Part shown: in pieces, positions 1 to 9,400 of the stretch | How positions within the stretch are numbered: position 1 is the first letter of the stretch | Layout of the letters: each line of letters begins with the position of its first letter | Assembly: GCA_965216875.1 (NCBI GenBank) | Contig: OZ244207.1 | Coordinates: 5,920,001-5,984,000, forward strand | Direction of reading: 5' to 3' | Length of the DNA: 64,000 nucleotides | From: Rubripirellula sp. | GTDB taxonomy: Bacteria > Planctomycetota > Planctomycetia > Pirellulales > Pirellulaceae | Notes under the pieces: model-generated | The model's input: only the letters and a program-made list of their open reading frames with translations | Databases searched by the model: none | What the model was told of the DNA's origin: nothing | Translations under genes and position numbers: made by a program

Positions 1-4
1 TCCA

Positions 5-131
5 CAATCCGATGTCTAACCATCTCGGTCTGTGTTTCGCAGAAGAGAAAGGCGTTTCTCAGCGGCGATGCGGGAAAACGCACAACCGGAAATCAGAAGG
101 GCTCTAACATGCCACCAAGCGGGCGTGCCGA
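5..131 (+). repeat. Copy A of a ~127-bp non-coding element (inverted copy at 825-953)
   Basis: Aligns by eye over its whole length with the reverse complement of 825-953 (shared blocks CAATCCGAT, TGTG-TTTCGCA, AAGAGAAAG, ACAACC, CAGAAGGGC, CCAAG, GCCGA). Confidence 0.75.
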
Positions 132-289
132 TAGGCAAACTACTGGAGGACCATTGCTCACCTTCAGTAGTCCGCCCAGGTACGACTGTGCCCTGGGCGG
201 ACGCTTTTGGTCTTTGCCTGCTCGCCACCAAGGCTGAGGTTCTATTGGCCTACCCTCTCGTCGGCCGCAGCGAAACCTTTGCCCAGGCG

Positions 290-781
290 CTATTTGGGTG
301 CTAGCAGAAGAAAAGCCGAGACTCGCGAACAAGCCTGTTCGTGAGACCAGCCTTGATCGCGTAATGCGACATAGCCGGCACAGTGTCTTTTGAAACTCTC
401 GCCTCCACCCGCAGGAATTACTTCGTCAAGTCCTTCCACAATCTCAGCGAGGCTCACTTCGATTTGGCTTCGTGCCAATATTTTTTTGGCTATGAGTGAA
501 GATCCAACGATGCTCTCTTTCGACTCGAAACACTTGATTTCTAGTCTTGTCAGGATGGCTTCACATTCCTCAGTGCTTGCGGTCAACGACTGAGCGGCAA
601 GCACTTGAGCTGGTGTTAGCTCTGTTGGCGAGCTTTCAATGACGCGCTCCTTTTCAGGTAGAAGTGAGCCCACGAGCCATAGCAGCACAGCGCCGCCAAG
701 AATGACGAGACATCCGGCACGCGCTTGCTTTTCTGACCGCTTCTCTTCTGGTGTGGGAATCTTGCCAAACAGTTTGCTCAT
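290..781 (-). CDS. Hypothetical membrane-anchored protein (163 aa)
   Basis: ATG with upstream GAGGA; one hydrophobic segment (GCLVILGGAVLLWLVGSLL); no recognised family. Confidence 0.65.
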   Translation of the reverse strand: MSKLFGKIPTPEEKRSEKQARAGCLVILGGAVLLWLVGSLLPEKERVIESSPTELTPAQVLAAQSLTASTEECEAILTRLEIKCFESKESIVGSSLIAKKILARSQIEVSLAEIVEGLDEVIPAGGGESFKRHCAGYVALRDQGWSHEQACSRVSAFLLLAPK

Positions 782-824
782 AGCTCGTCCTCAATAAGGA
801 GACCGTGCGCTAACACGGTCGCGG

Positions 825-953
825 TCGGCCCGTCCACTTGGCAGCGCGTGAGTGCCCTTCTGGTTTTCTGGTTGTACGGCTGCCCCATCGTCACCGAGCA
901 ATATCTTTCTCTTTTGCGAAAACACAAACTCGACTGGTCACAATATCGGATTG
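825..953 (-). repeat. Copy B of the ~127-bp non-coding element
   Basis: Diverged inverted copy of 5-131; fills most of the gap between the LysE-like gene and the 163-aa gene. Confidence 0.75.
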
Positions 954-962
954 CGATCCTCA

Positions 963-1544
963 CTATGGGACCGCTGCGTTGGCCACTGACTTGAGAATCA
1001 ACCACAGCCCAACCAGGCAGAGCATGCCGCCAGCAAATTGATCGAATAGCTTGCGTTGTTTCGGGGTCGTCTTGCGTTTGCTGAGCAACGCTCCCATTGC
1101 CGCATAAGCTAACAGGCTGATCGTGCCCACTACCGAAATCGCTAGCGCAACCAACAGCGCTGGTTCATGGCTGCGTTCTGCATAGACGGTCATGACAACG
1201 CCCGGGTATTTGGGATTCAAGCACTGCAACGCTGCGCCCTCGAACAATGTTGGTCTTCGTTCTTGCGTTTGCCGCCTTTCGCGGAGCATCAGCTGAATGC
1301 CTAGGAAAATGATGAAAGTACCACCCAAGGTCGCGAGAATACCGGATGCACGAGGTGCTATCACAAAGAGCTGCTTTGAAAACACACCCGTGGCAAATGC
1401 AATGGTGACATAGACAGACACTATGCCGAGCACGAACGGAATCACTTTGGAGATTCCATGCCGAGCTGCGAGTACGAATGACGCCAAGTTTGCAGGACCT
1501 GGGCTCACCATTAGCGGAAGAACGATGACGAGGGTTTCAATCAC
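963..1544 (-). CDS. LysE/RhtB-family amino-acid exporter
   Basis: N-terminal SPGPAN motif, central LNPK motif, about 6 hydrophobic helices, ~190 aa. Confidence 0.85.
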   Translation of the reverse strand: MIETLVIVLPLMVSPGPANLASFVLAARHGISKVIPFVLGIVSVYVTIAFATGVFSKQLFVIAPRASGILATLGGTFIIFLGIQLMLRERRQTQERRPTLFEGAALQCLNPKYPGVVMTVYAERSHEPALLVALAISVVGTISLLAYAAMGALLSKRKTTPKQRKLFDQFAGGMLCLVGLWLILKSVANAAVP

Positions 1545-2070
1545 GGGAAAACCTGTTCCGTAAGACGTACAAGAGTTGGAAGGCTCGGTTTGTGTCGCTG
1601 GAATCCTTGACCATAACCGCCAATTTAGGTTCTGGTTCCGAATCGCCTAACGTACCGAATTCTGTGCGATGCCCCATACCATGACCTGGTGAATGCTGAA
1701 CGATCCCGTTCGAGGTTGACCGCCATTTAACGACCAATGGAGCCATAGGCCGGTAGTTTCACGCATCTTGTAGGACGTTGCGAACGAGTGAATTCGAGGA
1801 TTCACCTCTCCTTCGGTAGAGCACTTGCCAAGCGAAAGACTAATCTGGGTTTCCCGTGCGTGGCTTTACACACGTGCGACCGATCCCAATGATCCCGTTT
1901 CAGGACAGATTGCCATGCACGACCGACGTGAGTTTCTCCAAAATACCGTGACCCCCGAACTTCTGAGGCGCCGCCTACCGAAGGTCCGCAATGTGCGGGG
2001 CGCATGAGAGATGGAAGCCCGGCCGCTAACGCGAATCGCGGCTCACAAACCATCACGTACCGAAAGAAAG

Positions 2071-2115
2071 AGCACACCCCGGCAGGATTCGAACCTGCAA
2101 CCCTCGGTTCCGAAG
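2071..2115 (-). repeat. att-like duplicate of the 3' half of tRNA-Arg
   Basis: AGCACACCCCGGCAGGATTCGAACCTGCAACCCTCGGTTCCGAAG matches 10256-10299 except for one extra C; the D-arm and 5' acceptor strand are absent. Confidence 0.9.
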
Positions 2116-2432
2116 GTCAACCCTCGATCCGCAATCAACGCGTTCTACATTGTCGCAAGTCGTTTGCTTCCGGGACTTTCCGGCGACGCAATTGAAGCCC
2201 GTAAGCTCGCTCGATTTCTAGCTTTTTAAGCGTTTTCTGTTCCTTTGCAATGAATTCTGTACCACGCCGATGACTTGGTGAATGCTGATACCGCGTGATT
2301 CAGTTCAAGATTCAAACGCCAATGGAACGAGAGACCGGAAGACTCGCGCAGATGGTGTAGACCAAATCTCTTCGCATTTGCAGTCACAACCGCGCACATT
2401 GGCGATGGAACCTGATGTGCTACGGGAGCTGG

Positions 2433-4853
2433 TCAGTCTGGCTTGGCACCGGCCGAGATCGTTTCGATCTTTGGAAGTTGCGAAAGGCGGAAATCTACGC
2501 TGGATACTAATTCAGGCAGTTCCGCGATATCGATCTGGAACGGGTTTTGAACGTACGCAGATCCGGTCTCTTGAAAATGTTGCTGCCAAAGTTCAAAGTC
2601 TGGATCGCCTTCGCCTTCGAGAAATTCGTCTTCGGAAGATTCAAACAAACTACCCGCAAAAACGTTTCCCTCGCCGACCCATCGGATCAGTCGGGCCAAT
2701 CGTTCGTCCTCATCGTGATCCACCCCGTCCTCTTCTCGCTCAACGACGAGTTGAGCCCCGCTACATAGAAAAAGCGATCGCCTTGAATCGATGCTCAACG
2801 AACCTATATGATCCTCATGCTCACTGTAGACGCTGAGGACGTGGGAACATGCAAAGGTGCAGTCGGTGATGTTGATGTCATGACCCTGTTCCTGAAAAAC
2901 CTCAATGCCGGTCTCTCCCGATACCCAACAGTTATGGAGGTTCGTGCGGGCCCTCTCCTGTGGGTCAAGACCCAAGACCAATGATTGAGGAGCGTGGAGC
3001 CGACAATTCTCCATCGATAGATTGGATTGGCTGTCTACACAAACGCCGACGGCGGCGACCAAAGTACAGTCGATCATTTTGACGTTGCCTGACGGTTCGA
3101 CACTAATCAGGGCAAAATCGTCCTCCTCGGAACTTTCCGGCAAGTAGAGTTCGATTCCCCTTAGCGTGAGGTTGCCCTCGACATGCAGCATGGCTTCGAG
3201 CTCCGCGTCTTCACCAGGCTCGGATACAAGAATCGGCTCGTAGCCCTTACCCGCTGCAATTGTGGTGGCCGACCCGACAATGGAACATGGCCTCATCTCA
3301 ACCATGCCGTTGGTGTGTATTTCAATTCGACCTCGGTTGTATTGGCTGTTGATCGCCTCCTCAAGTGATCCAAACCTTTCGAATCGATTTCCGTTTTCGT
3401 TTACGCAGATGAATGGGTTTGCTTCGTCGTCCACTTTAGCGAACCTTCTGCCTCGCGTCGCAGTGGTGTCGGTGCGTTTGCCGATCGCAGCCATTTCAGT
3501 CGAGGTAGCGGCGTTACCTGAGGTAGATGGGCCAAAGGCCACGACACATAACGCCGCGATCAGTACCGCGGCGGCGGAAAGACCAGCGTATATCCATAGT
3601 GTCCGTGACTGCCGGTTTCTGCGTTTCGCGTTGTCCCCTCGCGACGTCGAGGAAGTGTCGACTGTGACATGTGGCATCGAAGGCGTATCTTCGACGGCGG
3701 TTTCTGCTGTCACTTCCTTGACCCGCGCGGTGGCACGCTGCGACTCGATCCCCTGCGCAAGAGCGTGACGGACTTCGACGGCCGACTGAAAGCGGTCATT
3801 CGGTTTCTTTTCGAGCAGACGCATCACGATTTCGGATAGCCAGTCGGGTACGCCTGCAACCCTCTCGGCGAGCGGTTCCGGCTGCCCATTTGACAAACGG
3901 TGAAGCGTCCCCAGCAGCGAGTCGGCTTGAAATGGAGAGTCTCCACTGCACATCGCGTACAGCACGACACCGAGACTGAATAGATCCGCGCGATGATCGG
4001 CCGATTCCGGATTCTCGAGGACTTCCGGCGCGACGTAGGCGGGTGTCCCAACGAGCGTCCCTGTGCCGGTTAGTCGAGAATGATCGGCGGCGCGAGCCAG
4101 ACCAAAATCTCCCAACAGCACCTTGCCGGTCTGAGCGCTCAGCAGCGTGTTTCCCGGCTTGATGTCGCGATGCACGACACCTTTGCCATGAGCCGCCGAC
4201 AAACCCGATGCCATCTGACGGCCGATGCGAACCACGTTCTCGATGCTTATCCTCGCTCCCGAGTCGAGCTGTTGTTGCACGGAGCAGCCTTCCACGAATT
4301 CCATCACGATATAAGGTACAGGTGGTCTCGCGGAAACCGAGTGAATCGTGATCACGTTGGGATGAACGACCGCAGCGGCCGCACGCGCCTCTCGAAGGAA
4401 ACGTTCCCGCGAGGAAGCATCGCCGGCCAGCGACGGCGATAGTACCTTCACGGCAACCACGCGATCCAATGATTCCTCTCGAGCCTTGTAGACAACACCC
4501 ATACCACCACGACCGATCATCCCCAGCAGCTCGTATCCATCCTTCGTCAATGTGGTTAGGTGCTGCTGATCTTCGTGGAATTCCGCATTGGTCGAGGGAG
4601 GCTCACGTGGTGGTGACGCACGCAGCGACTTGGCCTTCTCAATCGCGTCCTGCAAATGTGGCGAGCTTGATCGCTTTTTCTTCAACTCTGGGAGTTGTGG
4701 ACCAAGACCGGACACCGCTTCCGCCAGCCGTTGTTGGCACGAAGGGCACTGACCAATGTGATTCGTCAAACGATCGGACTCCTCCTCCGCGAGCAGCTCG
4801 GAAACGAGATTCCTGAGCGTCGACTCCGAGGGGCACGCGCTACTGGCTTTCAT
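2433..4853 (-). CDS. Membrane Hanks-type Ser/Thr protein kinase with N-terminal zinc-finger-like motif and extracytoplasmic C-terminal domain
   Basis: GRGGMG, VAVK, HRDIKPGN, DFG, GTPAYVAPE motifs; HxxxCxxC (HIGQCPSC); one TM helix; acidic, possibly beta-helix-like C-terminus. Start placed at ATG 4853, overlapping the sigma gene end. Confidence 0.92.
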   Translation of the reverse strand: MKASSACPSESTLRNLVSELLAEEESDRLTNHIGQCPSCQQRLAEAVSGLGPQLPELKKKRSSSPHLQDAIEKAKSLRASPPREPPSTNAEFHEDQQHLTTLTKDGYELLGMIGRGGMGVVYKAREESLDRVVAVKVLSPSLAGDASSRERFLREARAAAAVVHPNVITIHSVSARPPVPYIVMEFVEGCSVQQQLDSGARISIENVVRIGRQMASGLSAAHGKGVVHRDIKPGNTLLSAQTGKVLLGDFGLARAADHSRLTGTGTLVGTPAYVAPEVLENPESADHRADLFSLGVVLYAMCSGDSPFQADSLLGTLHRLSNGQPEPLAERVAGVPDWLSEIVMRLLEKKPNDRFQSAVEVRHALAQGIESQRATARVKEVTAETAVEDTPSMPHVTVDTSSTSRGDNAKRRNRQSRTLWIYAGLSAAAVLIAALCVVAFGPSTSGNAATSTEMAAIGKRTDTTATRGRRFAKVDDEANPFICVNENGNRFERFGSLEEAINSQYNRGRIEIHTNGMVEMRPCSIVGSATTIAAGKGYEPILVSEPGEDAELEAMLHVEGNLTLRGIELYLPESSEEDDFALISVEPSGNVKMIDCTLVAAVGVCVDSQSNLSMENCRLHAPQSLVLGLDPQERARTNLHNCWVSGETGIEVFQEQGHDINITDCTFACSHVLSVYSEHEDHIGSLSIDSRRSLFLCSGAQLVVEREEDGVDHDEDERLARLIRWVGEGNVFAGSLFESSEDEFLEGEGDPDFELWQQHFQETGSAYVQNPFQIDIAELPELVSSVDFRLSQLPKIETISAGAKPD

Positions 4854-5439
4854 CAATCTCTCGAATCTTCTCGGCAAGCCGTTTCATAACACGGCTCTTG
4901 GCAACGTAGACCGAGCCGACGCTGAGACCGAGTGCCTCGGCAACTTCCTGAGGCGGCTGTTCTTCCACCGCAGTCAACCAAAACGCTCGCCACGTCTCTT
5001 CCCGAAACTGGTCGCGAACCTGTGTGGACGCCCAATCGATCAACTGTTGCTGGTACTCGCGGTCCCATAACCGTTGAAGATCATCGTACTGATCGGGATG
5101 GTTATTTAAAAGTTGTAGCGACTGGCTATCGCCTGTGCCCTTGGGTTGCCGTAACTGCTTTTGCTGAATTCGGGAACTGGTCCGTTTGGCAATCTTGTAC
5201 AGCCAGCTGCGGAACTTGCCGACTCGAGGGTCATACTCAAATCGCGAGATCGATTTAGCGACCTCGCCCATTACTTCCTGCACCAGATCAGCGGCATCCG
5301 ATTCCTGGAGGCTACAGCGGCGGGCAAAGCTGAAGATGAGCGGGCTGTAAATATCGACGAACTGCGACCAAGCTTCAGCATCCGCGTTATCTCGCAGCCG
5401 AATCAATAGGCTCATGCGCGTCGAAATTGCCTCGGTCAC
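4840..5439 (-). CDS. ECF sigma-70 factor (kinase-associated planctomycete type)
   Basis: TRMSLLIRL, DAADLVQEV, FRSWL (region 2) and EVAEALGLSVGSVYVAKSR (region 4). Confidence 0.92.
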   Translation of the reverse strand: MTEAISTRMSLLIRLRDNADAEAWSQFVDIYSPLIFSFARRCSLQESDAADLVQEVMGEVAKSISRFEYDPRVGKFRSWLYKIAKRTSSRIQQKQLRQPKGTGDSQSLQLLNNHPDQYDDLQRLWDREYQQQLIDWASTQVRDQFREETWRAFWLTAVEEQPPQEVAEALGLSVGSVYVAKSRVMKRLAEKIREIDESQ

Positions 5440-5504
5440 CGAAGATCTCCGAAGAGGAACAAGCAGGGATGAGAATTCAGTATAGGAGAAGCCAAGTTTT
5501 TTTC

Positions 5505-5546
5505 GAGATTCCGTGTAAGCAATCGGAAGATGCCCGGCAATAAGTA
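5505..5546 (+). promoter_or_regulatory. Putative ECF promoter copy 1
   Basis: GAGATTCCGTGTAAG-N17-GCAA; near-identical motif at 6279-6312. Confidence 0.45.
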
Positions 5547-5585
5547 GGCAGGAATATTTCCGCTCTCAAATGTAACGCGCCGCAC

Positions 5586-6173
5586 ATGGAGCCAGGATTC
5601 ATGAGTTTCCAAACAAAGATCAGACTTGTCTTCACGCTAATCCTGTTGGCGATCGTCCCGTTATCGCTCACCGCCTTGGCACATACGGACGGTTTGGCAA
5701 ATCGTTCGCTGGCAATCGCCCGCTTCAGCGATCCGATTGATGAGACGGATGTGACTGATGCCCGCGAACCGGGTGTCGAAAACGAGCTTGCGCTGAAATT
5801 GCAAGAGAGTGACGGACCAGAGGAACCGGTGCAGGACGAATTGGATGAAGACTCCTGGGACGAAGAAGCCTGGGATGAGGAGGCAGAAGAGCACGAGGGC
5901 GACGAGGACGAATTTCAGGATTTCGAGCAACTGAACCTTGCCAGAGAGATGGCAGCGCTAGCGGACAGCAAAGCTGCCACCGTGGCCTACGCTTTGCAAC
6001 TGCTAGTCGATTCCACCGATGAGGAGTATGCCGCGAATTCACTGGAGCAGATTCTCAAAGGCACAGACGACGAGTTGACCCGGCGATTGATCACCATTCG
6101 TCTTGCAGAGACGTATGTCGAACTTGAGCAGACGGCGAAGCTTCAGCCTCTGCTCGAAGAACTTTGCCGATAG
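5586..6173 (+). CDS. Exported acidic hypothetical protein
   Basis: Signal-peptide-like N-terminus (ALA/H), D/E-rich middle, helical C-terminus; start may be the second ATG (5601). Confidence 0.8.
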   Translation: MEPGFMSFQTKIRLVFTLILLAIVPLSLTALAHTDGLANRSLAIARFSDPIDETDVTDAREPGVENELALKLQESDGPEEPVQDELDEDSWDEEAWDEEAEEHEGDEDEFQDFEQLNLAREMAALADSKAATVAYALQLLVDSTDEEYAANSLEQILKGTDDELTRRLITIRLAETYVELEQTAKLQPLLEELCR

Positions 6174-6278
6174 TTTTCGACGCTAATGAGATCCCATCGC
6201 CGCACCCAGGCTACTTGCTTGGGCGCGGCGATTTCTTTTGACGTCGTCGGTCATCGCAACTTTTTTCGCAAGACTTCA

Positions 6279-6318
6279 GAGATTCGTGTAAGAACTCGCC
6301 GAACGCTCGCAAGGAATA
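6279..6318 (+). promoter_or_regulatory. Putative ECF promoter copy 2
   Basis: GAGATTCGTGTAAG-N16-GCAA, ~100 nt upstream of ATG 6414. Confidence 0.45.
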
Positions 6319-6413
6319 CGCGGGCGAGGTGGCTTGGCCTCCTTGACCAATCTCTTCGCCAACGTCTTTTCGCTTTTCGCCGCTGCTGGGCGGCATGCAA
6401 TAGGAGAATCCTG

Positions 6414-9400
6414 ATGTCTAACAGTTGGATCCGTCGAGTTCTTGGTCGCCAGGCAAAAATCAATCGCAATCGTACGTTTCGTAGGCGCGTCAGTCGGCGT
6501 TTGCTGCTTCAGGGTCTGGAGACTCGGCAGCTGTTGGCCGGGGACACGATCTTAGCTCCGGAGGTAGCCGCGGTGACTTCGGAGATCTCGAGTGCACCGA
6601 CGGATCCGAGCCCCGAGCAAATTAAGAACCATGCTGCGACGAGCCAATCGCATCACCAGGCAGCTCACCCCGCTGCAATGGATTTGATCTCTTTGGACCT
6701 GGCAACGCACACGGTTGTTGGTTCCGGAAACTGGTCAGACCCGTCGGTCTGGGAGAACGGGACGCTGCCAGTCGAGGGCGCCCGCATCATCATTCCGCAA
6801 GGGATGACGTTAACGGTCGATTCGGTGATTCTGACGGAATTCAAGACAATCGGGATTCACGGGGCATTGCGGTTCGCCACTGACGTGAATACCGAACTGC
6901 GCGTCGATACGATCGTCAGTGCCCCACACGGTCGTTTCGAAATGGGAACGGTCGCCGACCCGGTTGCTCAAGACGTGACTGCGAAGGTTGTCTTTGCCGA
7001 TGACGGGGCAATCGACACCACTTGGGATCCGCAGCAGCTGAGTCGTGGCGCGGTACTTCAGGGGCCGACTGAGATTCACGGTGCCGAGACGACGCATCGT
7101 GTCACGCTCGACAGTTTCCCCTCGGCTGGTGCCACGTCCATTCAGCTCAGCAGTGTTCCGGTGAACTGGAGCGCGGGTGACGAGATCGTGATCACGGGAA
7201 CTCAGGGTTCGACCAGCGATGAAGTCCGCACAATTCAGTCGATCAACGGAACATCGGTTGCCTTTGGTGATCCGCTGGAGCTGGATCATGTTCCCCCCAA
7301 CTCGGATCTGAATGTTTATGTTGCGAATAAGACCCGCAACGTGCGGTTCTCATCCGAGAATCCCGAAGTGGCTCGGCGCGGTCACATCATGATCATCCAT
7401 ACCTTGGATGCGGACATTCACAACACAGAATTCAACGATTTGGGGCGCACGGACAAGAATCGCGAGCTGGATGATCTGATCTTTGAATTCCCCGATGCCG
7501 TCGGCAACTTTACCAGCGCCCCAACCGTCTACACGGTGACCAGTGGTGAACGAACGAATGTCCGTGGTCGCTACGCAGTCCACTTCCACCGTGGCGGAGT
7601 GGATCCGGGCAGCGCGCCAGCCACAATCGCCGGCAGCGTTGTTGACGGCAGCCCCGGATGGGGATTCGTCAATCATTCGGCCAACGTCAATATGATCAAC
7701 AACGTCGCTTACGGCGTTCAGGGCGCATCCTTTTACACCGAAGTCGGCGATGAGATTGGATCGATGGAGGGCAATATCGCCATCCGCACCGTTAGCCCCA
7801 CGTTCAGGCTCGGCGACGAAGGTGCAATCGATCCTGATCTTCGGCTCGATCGAATGGACTTTGGAGTCGATGGCGATGGCTACTGGCTGTCCGGTCACAT
7901 GGTCAGCGTGCGAGACAATGTATCGGCCGGTGCTTCTGGACATGGCATCATCATCTGGAGCGACGGTGTGATTGAGCCGGATCTTGCTCGAGGCCGATCC
8001 AGCGTGCTCGTCTCCAACGTGGAGAACGGACACCTGATCACAGGCCGTGAGACGATTCCGACCTGGTGGGCCCCGTTGGCAGAGATCAGTAATAACGAGT
8101 CGTATGGTGCGACCATCGGATTCCGATCGCGTTACGTCCACTCGCAAGGATACCTTGGTGAGATCGGCAGCGATTTCCACACCCCGCCAGACCAGGCCTA
8201 CATCGACACGCTCAACCCGACCATCGACGGCTTGACCGTTTGGGGTTCGCGAGACGGCGTTCTGATGAACTACAACGAGCGCATGTCAATCAAAAACGCG
8301 AGGCTCATCGGCGTCGCAGATCCGTACGTTCAGAACGCCGGTACGGCAGATACGGGCGTTGGCATTGATATGTACAACGAAGTCACCCGCGGCCCAGGCG
8401 TGATCGAGAATGTTTCAATCGAAGGCTTCAATATGGGGCTGTTAGCCCCGCGTCAAGACGATTGGCGATTGACCAACGTCCAGCTAAGCAACACGACGGA
8501 CATGTTGATCACCGAGATGATCGAAGGTCCACGAACGCTGGAGATGACTGACGTCACGTTCGGCTCGCTCGATGGCACCGCCGTGGCAGGTCAGGCGGCC
8601 AATCGCCAGAACATTGTGATGCGCGCCAACTTCGACGCGAATCCCTTTCAACCGTTCAACTTCCTAATGTCAGATCGCGTCACTTTGAATGGGCAACAAC
8701 TCTACTTCAATGAGCAGGCCGCTGACTTCGCGCCCACGGCTGGCGAAATTGCGGAGTCTCCCGGGCAAGTCCCACCCAGCATGATCCGTCTGACGAACCA
8801 GCAGTTGGTCGATCGCTTCGGCACGTCATTCGGTGGCGCGATCATTCCGGACGACGCAACAACCGCTGAATATCTAACCGGCGGTGTTGTGGGCAGTCTG
8901 GCCGCCCCAGCGGCGACCTCGCCGCCGCTTTATCATCCAGCTGGCGAAAGTGCGGGTCCCAACGGACTGATCATCGATCCAGGCACACTCACGAACTTCG
9001 ATGGGCCAGTCACCAATCCCGAAGATGATGACGAGGAACTGGATGACGATACCGGTGACGAAGATGAAACCGACGACGAGGAAGGTGGCGAAGGAGACGG
9101 AGAAGCCGATGATCATGGCGGCGATGATGATCACGACGAACACTGTGTAGACCCCGATGAGGAGTCAGATGAATCGGAAACCGGTGAAGGTGGCCAGAAC
9201 GAAGGCGAAGACGAGGGAGACGGCGATGAATCTGATCAAGACGATGAGGAGTCAGATGCAACCGACGAAGAGGAATCGGAGACCGGCGAAGGTGACCAGG
9301 ACGAAGGCGAAGAGGACGACGACGTTCACTGTGTAGACCCCGATGAGGAGTCAGATGAATCGGAAACCGATGAAGGTGGCCAGGACGAAGGCGAAGACGA

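Noticed and set aside
132..182. c-di-GMP-I riboswitch (GGCAAAC followed by a stem)
   Set aside because: Lacks the GNRA loop and the downstream GACGCAAAG consensus.
830..960. IS200/RAYT transposase C-terminal remnant (…EQYLSLLRKHKLDW)
   Set aside because: The resemblance is short, motif spacing is wrong and the frame is not preserved in copy A; needs BLASTX to exclude fully.
1914..2007. Tat-signal-like start MHDRREFLQNTVT
   Set aside because: Only ~30 codons with no hydrophobic core; may be a gene remnant but cannot be supported.
2071..2145. Second complete tRNA-Arg gene
   Set aside because: Similarity stops at the anticodon loop; no D arm or 5' acceptor strand. Treated as an att remnant.
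6186..6413. N-terminal extension of the 1268-aa ORF (likewise the long starts at 12306, 15301, 18503, 23923, 24044, 27890, 31030, 41527)
   Set aside because: Downstream ATGs have an RBS, signal peptide or family-typical N-terminus; most of the extensions overlap neighbouring genes or promoter regions.
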